Shown in pieces: positions 25,901 to 36,589 of a DNA stretch of 64,000 nucleotides (within the stretch, counting starts at the first letter, position 1; each line of letters begins with the position of its first letter). The notes under the pieces are model-generated. The model was not told where the DNA came from. It worked only from the letters and a program-made list of their open reading frames with translations, and searched no databases. A program made the position numbers and the translations under genes. The DNA comes from Antedon mediterranea (taxonomy: Eukaryota; Animalia; Echinodermata): assembly GCF_964355755.1 (NCBI RefSeq), contig NC_092679.1, forward strand, positions 7,966,201 through 8,030,200. The letters are read 5' to 3'.

Positions 25901-27544
25901 AGACTGTAAAAACAATCAGCTTCACAAGTTACCTGGTAACCTTGGCAACCTTATTAATCTTACAGTACTAAATGTGATAAACAATCAACTAAAAGCTTTA
26001 CCTGTTTCAGTAGGTAAACTTAGGAAATTGGAAGAACTATATGCACAGTAAGTTTGTCATTAGTGGTGTTCTGAAGATGAACTCCATATCATGAGCGCAT
26101 ACTTTAATTTTTAAGACTTTAGATATAAGCATCTAATTAATACTATATTTATTTTCAATTTTAATTTTCAGTTCCAATAAGTTGAAGAGTTTACCATTGG
26201 AGATATGCAATTTATTAAACTTAAATGTAAGTATGTAAGGAAATGTATATACGTTTATTCCATGGAGAAATTGTATATCCTTCATGGTTATTCCAATTTG
26301 AATCACTTAAATCTATTTACTATAAAAATATCAGGTCATTTCATATTTTTTAATTAAAACCGTGCATCCTAATACGCTTTTCTAGGCCTTATATGTTGGT
26401 GAGAATCAACTAAAAACATTACCAGATAAAATTGGCAAACTGTACTGTCTTAAAGAGCTGGATCTATCATCTTGTTGTTTGTCATCTTTGCCTGAATCTA
26501 TTTCTAGATGCACTGCCTTAATAAGGGTTTGGCTTTCAAATAATAGGTTTGTTTGTTTTTTATTTCTTCATTGCTAATTAATAGTGGAGTTTATGAATTC
26601 AAATCAAACACAGTTTATTCATCATCGTTAAATTATAAAGAAATCAGAAAAAATTGGTCGATAAAGAGATGAAAAGGAAACACATTAAAACCTTAAAATG
26701 AGCTTGATAAAAGAAAAACAAAAGTCAACACGTATCATGTTTTTAAAAATATTTTTTTTTAAAATAAATAAATTGGGTTCTTACTGCATCAGTTGAATTA
26801 ACTTGTATATGATATTGGTTGTTTTTCCTACAGGTTACGAGTTTTACCAGATCAAATTGGTCGTCTCCATAATCTGAAGGAGTTACATGTTCGCAATAAT
26901 TTAATTGAATATTTTCCTGCTTCTCTTGCGACGTTACAACTTTACACATTTAGTGGTGAGTACCTATGATTCTTTTAATGTATATCATTCAATATATTTA
27001 TTGTATTTTGTATTCTGATTTCCTACTTCTACTTACAGCAAATAATAATCCATTGCTGTCTGAAGTTGATAAAAGGTCTTGGAGTGACTACAACATATTG
27101 CCATGTACGCCAATGCCAAGCCTGTTTGAATTGTGTGCTAGAAAGATTGTATCGGCTAATGTTCCAAGACTTGAAGGAGAACTTCCCAAAGAGATAGAAA
27201 GTAAGAACTCCATCAACATAATAAACAACATTGTAACATTATCAAAAACATTCCATTCATCAAAATCATTATTGTCATAATCATCATCATTATGATATTT
27301 ATTATTACATCATAATTTAAAAATCTTCTAAAAAAATGAGGATAAATCAACAGATTTTTAAATTTACTTTTCAGAAATACTTAACGGTGTTCATTTTTGC
27401 TCCTGTTGTGAAGGTCCATTTTTCCATCATTTCAAGTCTGAGATCTGCTTTAACAATGTTGGCATATTCCATCGAGTACCACTGTATCAACAAATTTGTT
27501 TTCCCAATCAGCCGTCTCTGTGTCCGCCTTTAGATCTATCATGA
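22960..27544 (+). CDS. ~506-aa LRR protein with N-terminal TM helix, Cys/His zinc finger, ~9-10 LRRs and C-terminal BC-box/Cys-rich tail; exons 22960-23190, 24182-24321, 25064-25195, 25353-25518, 25866-26047, 26172-26226, 26386-26546, 26834-26955, 27039-27200, 27375-27544
   Basis: The exons splice in phase with GT-AG introns. LRRs include LATLNLSNNRLVLLPVEIGCL, LKELFLQYNCLQSLP and LKELDLSSCCLSSLP. The tail reads PSLFELCARKIV...ELPKEIEKIL...FCSCCEGPFF. Confidence 0.88.
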
Positions 27545-28629
27545 CAGCTTTATAGGACTGACCCAATTGTTTGAAATAGAGTTGAGTTGAAGTCTATCCT
27601 GTATGAAGTGTTTCTCACCTATAGGTTCTGAAACATTATAGTGTTTTTCTTGCAAAATAATTGTCTTGTTACTATGGAAACGTAGGATGTTATATTGGTA
27701 TATTCTTGGCACACAAATCTTCATTTGCTGATGTTAATAATACATTGTTAAAGCCTTAGTGATTTAGGGTCTGAATTAATTCGGTCAGAATAAACCACTG
27801 TTTTTCATCATTTACAATATTGCCATTAATAATATCTATAATGTTTTTTATTACATTTTGGGTTATATTTTGTATATATTGTTGTTGATATATTTATGGA
27901 AGAAAGAAAGAAAAGAAATGTGCAAACAGATATTTTTTTTATATTTAAGTGGTTTAAAAATCAAATGTTCAATATTTAAATGCAAATTTGTTTCTGAAAT
28001 TTATAAAATATTTTAAAAAAATGTGTATATACAATATTGTTAAATCGTAATTTCGATGTATATTTATGTATAAAAATATATTTTAAAAAAAGTGTATCAA
28101 TCCTCTGTTTACAGTATAAATATGAAATTATGTTTTGTGATTTAATAAAATTAATGATCTTATCTTGAAATGAGTTGTTTGTTCTTATTGCCTGTAAATT
28201 ATTGCGCCACCACTACTCAGATTCAACGAATGTTATTGGTCAACTTTAAAATGAAAATTCGTTTTTCTTGGCATACTTAAGACAATAAAACACCAAAGTG
28301 CTATCCTTTCGGTGTTTCATCGAAAAGACGTGTTTCGTCGATTAGTGATGATTATTCATAGCCGGTATATAGCATTTTGAACAGACCTTAATTTGTTTAC
28401 TAATTATCCGGCGGCGGCAGTTAACCCGGATTCCGTTATCGTATAATGTATTGTAATTGGTCAAAACGCTAGAATGACATTTTATGATACAGTACAACAG
28501 TCGTAACGGTAACACGTCAGGTCTAGCGCTAATTTCGGAACGATATTAGGTTACTGCATTGAGTTGAATGCTACCATACTGATTACATCAATTCTAGAAA
28601 TTGGATTGAAAATATTCAAATGACTGAAA

Positions 28630-29598
28630 ATGAGTCTGGAATTAGAAAACGCATTTGGCGAAATACGCAAAGAAGCAAGAGTGTGGCTATTTATTTATGC
28701 AGTGGTTGGCATTATTGGTATATTCGCAAACCTATTAGTACTTACTGTGTTTCTTACAAATTCAAATGGTGGTAGGCGAAGAAATGTTACTGCGAAACTT
28801 CTTATTCATCAGTCGGCAATTGATTTAATTTCAAGTATTGTATTTTTACCATTTTATGTTATTCCAGAAGGATGGTTGATTAAAAATGAAGCTGCCGGTG
28901 ATTTGTTTTGCAAGGGTCGTGGAACTTTCTGGGTGTTGGCAACTTCTTCAACAGTAAATCTTGTATTGATTACTGTTGAACGATATTATGCAATTGTCCA
29001 TCCAATCCAACACTATGTTCATTGTAAAAGTATAAAGGTATATTATTTACTGCCAATAGTTTACATCTACGCTTTCCTCGCAATGGGCCACCTCGTATTT
29101 GTTGCAAAAATAAACGATGAGTATTACTGTTATTATGATTGGAGTGAAGCAAATGAAAATCTTCAAGCTATCATTGGAATACAAAGTTTTATTTTTTCAT
29201 GGTTTATCCCTATTTTAATTATTGTATTCGCTTACTCAACAATTCTTCTTACGTTACGTAAAATGTATTGCGGGTTTCCAAATGGGGTTGATGGATCCGG
29301 TACTGGGGGTAGACGACGGTACGTTGCACAGAAAAACCTTATCAACACTTTCATCGCTGTTTCAATTGCATATGCTGTTTGTTGGACACCTGATATGTTT
29401 TTATATCTTACTTATAATGTCAGCTCTGGTACATTACCTAAAAATATGGAAAATGGAATCAGTCATCGTTTAACAGTTTTATTGTCGGTATGCAATATGG
29501 TTGTTAATCCGTTTATTTACGCTTTTAAATATAAAATTTTTAAGACGGGATTATCTAAAATGTTCAGTGATATTAAAGTAACTTCAAGAGGAGCTTGA
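28630..29598 (+). CDS. Intronless class A (rhodopsin-like) GPCR, orphan galanin/allatostatin-receptor-like, 322 aa
   Basis: Seven hydrophobic segments with motifs GIFAN (TM1), HQSAIDL (TM2), FCK, ERYYAIVHP, CWTP (TM6) and NPFIY (TM7). Confidence 0.92.
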   Translation: MSLELENAFGEIRKEARVWLFIYAVVGIIGIFANLLVLTVFLTNSNGGRRRNVTAKLLIHQSAIDLISSIVFLPFYVIPEGWLIKNEAAGDLFCKGRGTFWVLATSSTVNLVLITVERYYAIVHPIQHYVHCKSIKVYYLLPIVYIYAFLAMGHLVFVAKINDEYYCYYDWSEANENLQAIIGIQSFIFSWFIPILIIVFAYSTILLTLRKMYCGFPNGVDGSGTGGRRRYVAQKNLINTFIAVSIAYAVCWTPDMFLYLTYNVSSGTLPKNMENGISHRLTVLLSVCNMVVNPFIYAFKYKIFKTGLSKMFSDIKVTSRGA

Positions 29599-30410
29599 CT
29601 GCTACATTACTGAAGTTAATCAATCCGTTATAATACACAACAATTTTATATCTAAATAACTTAATTAACAAAATAGTATATCAACAATTTATAATCGGTA
29701 TTTGTAAATATACCATAATTATACTGTACCGTATTTACAGTATGCCTTAAAATTAATTGCAATTTCAATATAACCGAATTAAAGAAAATAGATCAAAGTA
29801 CTTTTAATATTTGTACTGGAAGATGAGTGTTGAGAGTGTAATTTGTTATATGATCTCACTTATTATTAACAATCAACAGAAGTGTAGCTATTTGCTGATC
29901 GTCGGCAAGAAGTTTGTTTTCGTAAACATCTGTGTATTACTGTCTTCAATAGATTCCAGCATTCTTCAGTTGGTTAGCAACATAGTTAAATGATACTGTA
30001 TATAAAGTCATTAACGTTAAACCAAGATTTATTATTACAAATTGTGTGATTATCTCCAGTTAATAAAATTTTAAATTGAAATGTATTGAGTGTCAACTTG
30101 ACAAATTAAATTAAGTAGTCGAAATCGCAAGCACTTAATTAACTGTCAATTTCAGAATCCGTTCCGAAATATTTCAGAATGGTTGAGACACACGGTACCT
30201 GTCTAGATGAGAAAATATACTGTATATGTATTGTATGTTCCCCCAAAACACGAAAATGAAGTTTAAAATAATCTTTGAAGAATATGAAGCCATTGTTTGT
30301 AATTAATAAAGTTTATCACTTTCGAAGAAAAAAAGACACACGAAAAACTGTTTTGCTGATTGTGATGCCGTTTGTTGTATGAGAGAATGTATTTGGTGGG
30401 TGAAAATCTG

Positions 30411-30482
30411 TGCTCTGTGGGCTAGTGGTATGATACTCGCCCTGTAAGCGAGAGGTCGCAGGTTCGAATCCCGCCAGAGACA
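30411..30482 (+). tRNA. Degenerate tRNA-like gene or pseudogene (anticodon TGT, Thr)
   Basis: A box TGGGCTAGTGG, anticodon stem CTCGC/GCGAG, B box GGTTCGAATCC and TTTTT terminator. The first two acceptor pairs mismatch, C33 replaces U33, and the D and T stems each carry a mismatch. Confidence 0.6.
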
Positions 30483-30947
30483 TTTTTCATACAACTAAAA
30501 CGATGAGCTATGATTGACGCTTGTTCTGAATATGAACACTGTTTTAATAATTTGACAGTATGATTTATATAATCTACTCAGTGCTACGTACGGACCTAAA
30601 TGCTGAGCTCCGGAAACAAGTAAGTAAACAAGTAAACACAATTGATTATGTATGCACAGTAAAATCATGCGAATGTGGCGTTCCATAGTGTCAATAGTTG
30701 CTATTGCCACGTTTTTTGTGAGAAAAGAAGAAGATACGACGATCTGACGGCGGACGGACACCGCCGGTACGTGTAGTTTGCTTCTGCTGTGTACGTCGTG
30801 TGGTGGTGGTTTAGGCCTAGAGTGTAGCAGATGGTATTTCCGAGGACACGTTTACCACAGTTAGGAGGCTAAAAGCTATTATATATTGCTTTTTTCTAAA
30901 GAAACAGTGACTTATCTATTTAAAAACAACCTAAGAAAGTTTTCATT

Positions 30948-33900
30948 ATGAATTTGTATCTAATTTTTAGTATTTTATCGTCAATTTTGTTCACTCAAAT
31001 TTGTGGATTATCGATGATGCTGCCTCCGAACGTAAAAAAATGTTTGAAGGAAGAAATCCATAAAGATGTTCTTGTAACTGGCGATTATAAACTAAGCGAT
31101 GCTCCTGGACATAAAACGTTGTTACATGTAAGTATCCTGTTCTTTGAACAATCAACCTGCTTTGTAATAAATGTATTGTTGTATGTTATTAATATTATTC
31201 CTGGCCATATAATGACGTGGCTAATTATTAATATTTAGCCCGATCAACTAGTATAGAGAAGCCACAAGCAATAAGACAGTTTTGTTAGTATATAGCCTGT
31301 AGCAAAGTCATTTCGTCCTATACAACCAGTCGGCCTAGGAAGAAACTTGCAGAACATTATTATTAAATAAATATAGAAAAGTGTTACAATTTGTATTTTT
31401 TATACAGGTATTATAATTTATTGTTAAAGTTTTTATTCAGTATTTTTGTTATTTTCATCTAGTAGGCCTAGGCCTAATCAACTTTCTGTCTTTTGTTTCA
31501 ATTCAATTTTATTTTATTTCCACAATATAGGCATAATAACATACACAGGTCCAGGATAATAAATACAACTGATTTACAATAAAATCTATTTAGTAAAATT
31601 AATTAGCGTAGTCGAGTTAATAACATTTTTATCCTTAAACGAAAACGCGTAAGGAATGTATTGGTAAAATCATGTTTTGTTTTTTTTTTAAATTGAAATA
31701 CTGAAAATGTGTTTATATAGATTATGTAAGTAAATGTACAGTGTTACCATTAATTAAGTCTGTACGATTTTGAGTTGTTTTGGGCACACTACCATTTTGT
31801 AGGGTCTTCCTTGGCTTTGCCCGCACGGTCTTCTCTCCTCCTGCATAGTAAATCAGTAGAGGGCGACATTAAAAAAATATATACAAATTTGTTTTCGGTA
31901 TTTAGATTTTTTTATTTTGTTTTTGGTTGTTTATGGTTGTTTTCGGTAATTAGACTAACCGCCTCAGTTCTGTGAACAGGTTGAGCTTTTCAGAATATTA
32001 AATAACATTTGTTCTTCTTTTAATTAGGTTGGGGATTCCAAAGGTCACACACTCTACAGCAAGGAAGATGCCCAAGAAGGCAAATTTGCATTTACAACTG
32101 ATGATTATGATATGTTTGAAGTTTGTTTTGAAACTAAAGTTTCTGCAGGTGATTGAAATGTGTTTTTTTTTTACAAAAAGTAATTACAAATTTACTGTAA
32201 AAAGTCAGAAAATAGCATCTTATGTTTTTTTCTTCATATGTAGTGCACAACATCTAGGTTTACTGCCTTTTTTATGAAAGTATTTTTAAATATTTATCAT
32301 TGTTATTTTAAATCGATTATTTTTCATAGGATTAAGAGGAACACAGCGTGAAGTGAGTCTTGATCTAAAACACGGAATTGAAGCTAAAAGTTATGAAGAT
32401 GTAAGTATTAATACAAGAAACATCTCTCGGATACTGTACCTGTCCAATAAACCCAAAACATACCAAACTGTAGTATTAGGAGAAAATAAAAATTCTGTAC
32501 CATATCTACTGTAAATATATAATACTGAATTAGCCAAAATTCGCCCGAAAGGTGGAATTGAACCACTCCGATGTTAATCGGCTACAGGTTTGAAGCCTGC
32601 ACCCCAGACCACTGAGGTTCATCCGGGCAACTAAGCATGCAGGAAATACTTCCTTAAATACCCTTGCATTCTAGCCTTTCTCCAGACATGGTGTCAAAAT
32701 ACTGTTTCTGTTTAAAATGTTATGTATTTGTTTAATTTCTTTTTAATTCCATATTTTAAACTGTTTGCATAATTTTTATTAGTTTAGTGTGCTACAAAAA
32801 GGGTAAAAACTGGATAAAAATAGTTTAAAATTTCATAATTTGCATCTCATTAATATTCATGAACTTATTCTTTAGCTGGCCAAGGCTGAAAAACTGAAGC
32901 CAATGGAAGTTGAATTGCGGCGCTTAGAAGATCTTTCAGAGTCTATTGTGAATGATTTTGCCTACTTAAGAAAGCGGGAAGAAGAGATGAGGGATACAAA
33001 TGGTGAGATATTTATTTGGGTATAAAAGTGCAAATAGAACATTCCAGAATGTTTCATATGAATTGGTATGAGCATTAAAAATGTTGATATTAAATAGTTA
33101 CAGTAGTCCCATAATAAGAGAGGAGTGGTTTCATGAAAACACATTTTTCTTGTTGATTCAACAATACAGTAATTTTTGGAAGAATTTCATCTGGTTGTGG
33201 AATAGGTATTACATAAAATTTCTTTTTGAACAACCAAAAATAGTATAAGCGAACTTACAGTACGTTTCGAAACCTATCAGGTTTCATTCTCAACTGGCGT
33301 TTCATCGTCTAGCGTTGTTAATCCCATGACGACGATGAGTTGGTATAGCGCCACCAATAGGTCCAAAAGGACGTGCCCCCTTCTCCAATAGTTGATCATA
33401 AATGTGTGACAATTCGTGGGCTCCTTCATCTCTGTTCATGATTTTTCCATATTTTCTGATGTTGATCGACTCTTTTATTTGCCTCTTTTGAGTGTTGCAT
33501 TCTTTCTCAAGGATAGCAGCGTTCCAATCAATGAGGTGATTGTGTTGTAGTGCATGATCTGTTTGGGTAGCCCTGTCTCATGTTCTAATAATCTGGGTTT
33601 TTTTTATGCTTGTGTAATTTTGATTTTTTTGTATTGAGACAAATACATAAATGAAAAATGAAATTATTAGGTTATGTGTTGAATTAAATCACAAGTTACT
33701 AGGTCCAGGCTGTTCTCGTCCACAACCCTGTAATACACATTTGATAAACAACATATTAATGTTTAATGGAGAGTTGGAAGTCCAATAGAACCAGCAATAA
33801 AATTTGTTAATGTTTATTTCTTAATCCAAATGATATGTGTTTATTTACAGAATCTACCAATACTCGTGTCTTGTACTTTAGTATCTTCTCAATGGTGTGC

Positions 33901-33972
33901 TTATTAAGTTTAGCAACATGGCAAGTCTTTTATCTACGACGTTATTTCAAATCCAAGAAATTGATTGAGTGA
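30948..33972 (+). CDS. TMED10: Transmembrane emp24 domain protein 10 (p24 delta); exons 30948-31127, 32028-32148, 32330-32400, 32876-33002, 33851-33972
   Basis: Signal peptide, then [60 protein letters not shown] and [19 protein letters not shown], ending [13 protein letters not shown]. Confidence 0.97.
32542..32628 (-). tRNA. tRNA-Sec (selenocysteine, anticodon TCA), 87 nt
   Basis: Minus strand GCCCGGATGAACCTCAGTGGTCTGGGGTGCAGGCTTCAAACCTGTAGCCGATTAACATCGGAGTGGTTCAATTCCACCTTTCGGGCG. It closely matches the vertebrate tRNA-Sec sequence as I recall it, has a long paired variable arm, and is followed by a TTTT terminator. Confidence 0.97.
32654..32845 (-). promoter_or_regulatory. Upstream Pol III promoter of tRNA-Sec: TATA-like box, putative PSE and distal octamer
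   Basis: On the minus strand: TATTTAA at about -26 to -32, GACACCATGTCTGGAGAAAG at about -48 to -67, and ATGCAAAT at -210 to -217 (32838-32845). Confidence 0.65.
33255..33565 (-). mobile_element. Penelope-like element 3' fragment (GIY-YIG C-terminus) in TMED10 intron 4
   Basis: Minus-strand translation [59 protein letters not shown], followed by a ...TTTCGAAACGT terminal motif. Confidence 0.75.
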
Positions 33973-34598
33973 AGATTTAACAACAACCAGTACTAATAAT
34001 CAAGTTAAATGTTTATACTACTTCAGTCTTAATCAAATTATTTCTTCAAATTAGAACATAATTTTTACACCAGGATGTGTGACGCTTGTATTAAAGTCAT
34101 CAGTTTAGTATTACTGTAGTTTTATATCCTATTTTTGCTTTTATATGGTATCATTACACTTTCCTCAAGCATATTAGAATTAGTACAAATTATCAAATTC
34201 TAGAAAAGCTCATTTGTAATTGTGTTTGACATTCATATCTCATCTAAGCAAACTAATGTTTTTTTTTTGTCACTTTAAAAAGAAATTCACCCTTTATATA
34301 TTCAATATTTTATTCTAGTTTAATAAATCTTGGACAGTCCTAAATGTTTGTTTTTTTAGTTGTAGATATATTTTCTAGTTCAGTGTCTAACTAAGAGCTT
34401 TATGAATTATGAATATTTAACAAAGCTCAAAATTGGAAAGTAATGCAAGTGCAAGTTTCTTTAATTTTCTATTGCAATGTACTGATGTAGCATGTATTAT
34501 AGAAAGCAACTGAAGGTATCATTTCATATTTTTCACAAAAGCTTTTCAAATTGGAATAAATATTGTGGTTGTGGTACTAATGTCTTGTTTTTATTTTC

Positions 34599-35372
34599 CA
34601 ACATTGAATATCAACACTGTACAAAACCAGTTTATTTAGCAACATTGGATATCAACACTGTACAAAACCAGTTTATTTAGCAACATTGGATATCAACATT
34701 GTACAAAACCAGTTTATTTAGCAACATTGGATATCAACACTGTACAAAACCAGTTTATTTAGCAACATTGGATATCAACACTGTACAAAACCAGTTTATT
34801 TAGCAACATTGGATATCAACATTGTACAAAACCAGTTTATTTAGCAACATTGGATATCAACACTGTACAAAACCAGTTTATTTAGCAACATTGGATATCA
34901 ACACTGTACAAAACCAGTTTATTTAGCAACATTGGATATCAACACTGTACAAAACCAGTTTATTTAGCAACATTGGATATCAACACTGTACAAAACCAGT
35001 TTATTTAGCAACATTGGATATCAACATTGTACAAAACCAGTTTATTTAGCAACATTGGATATCAACACTGTACAAAACCAGTTTATTTAGCAACATTGAA
35101 TATCAACACTGTACAAAACCAGTTTATTTAGCAACATTGGATATCAACATTGTACAAAACCAGTTTATTTAGCAACATTGGATATCAACATTGTACAAAA
35201 CCAGTTTATTTAGCAACATTGGATATCAACACTGTACAAAACCAGTTTATTTAGCAACATTGGATATCAACACTGTACAAAACCAGTTTATTTAGCAACA
35301 TTGGATATCAACACTGTACAAAACCAGTTTATTTAGCAACATTGGATATCAACACTGTACAAAACCAGTTTA
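34599..35372. repeat. 41-bp tandem minisatellite, ~19 copies
   Basis: Unit CAACATTGGATATCAACACTGTACAAAACCAGTTTATTTAG at 34599, 34640, 34681 and onward. Confidence 0.97.
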
Positions 35373-35462
35373 TTCTATCACAAACAAAAACATCTATGAT
35401 CTTGTATAAGTAAAATATAATCTTAAACTTCTCCCATTGTCATCATATAGGCCTGCAAATAT

Positions 35463-36337
35463 GGTTTCGATCCAAGTCGGCCCTAAACCGTCTCGGCCAA
35501 AGTCAAGTCGGCCTCAAGTCAAGTCGGCCTCAAGTCAACTCGGCCTCAAGTCAACTCGGCCTCAAGTCAACTCGGCCTCACGTCAACTCGGCTAAAAAAT
35601 AATCGGTAAACTCGGCCCCGTTAAAGTATGGAACGCAAAAAGTGCAAATGAAGGGGATTGATAAAATAATATTTCATCACAATTTTTTAACTATAAATAA
35701 TTCTGACTTTTAATGAATATTAATATTTAGACAATAATATATTTAGCAAAAAAATAGGAATGATTTCACCAACTTTCCTTTATTAATACGTTTAATAAAA
35801 TTTCAAATTGCACAATTGAAAACAATTCGTAGCTGCGCCTCCCTGCGCCTTTGGCAGCTTTTTCGATATCTACAACTGCTACGTGTTTTCACTGACCGGG
35901 GTATTCCCCTTTTTTTTAAACGCAAATCATGGACAAAAACGATGTACAATCATTTTTTCTATGGCCAAATGGTGGAACGTAGGCCTCCGTCTTCGATTTA
36001 CTAAAATGCGGTACCTGCACGTGGGTACTTATATTCATATTGGCAATGAGTTCATTTTTTTATATGATATTATTTAATTATATTTTTTTTTTATTCATTT
36101 TTTTTAAAGCGTGGATAGCAAGAATCATAATAATATTAAGCACTTTTTGCATTCCATACTTTATTGTGGCCGAGTTGACCGATTAGTTTTTGGCCGAGTT
36201 GACGTGAGGCCGAGTTGACTTGAGGCCGAGTTGACTTGGGGCCGAGTTGACTTGGGGCCGAGTTGACTTGGGGCCGACTTGACGTGGGGCCGACTTGACT
36301 TTGGCCGAGACGGTTTAGGGCCGACTTGACCTGCACC
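35463..36337. mobile_element. Mutator-like MITE with 15-bp subterminal repeats
   Basis: Inverted arrays of (AAGTCAACTCGGCCTC)-type units at both ends. 9-bp TSD TGCAAATAT / CGCAAATAT. Confidence 0.8.
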
Positions 36338-36589
36338 CGCAAATATCTGCTTGCCATTGTTGGGTTTTATACTCTGGCCTGGTATAATTTGCTACCTTCT
36401 CAATAACTTTCATGTTATTATTTTTGTCAATATTTCTTCACTATATTGTTTCATTCCGACAAAACTAGATCATTGAAGAAAGAAAAAATACAAACAATGA
36501 GAAAAATGCTACATTAATTTGTACTATTTACCATGTATTAATGGTAAAAAAAAAACAGGTTTCTGTATAATTTCTTTTATAATAAATTA

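Noticed and set aside
9145-34620. Shared 11-mer GATATCAACAC between the 52-bp and 41-bp repeat units
   Set aside because: The rest of the units do not align, so it is likely chance in AT-rich DNA.
35816-36357. Short ORFs including the SQLGP-repeat peptide
   Set aside because: They lie within a MITE and arise from its 15-bp repeats.
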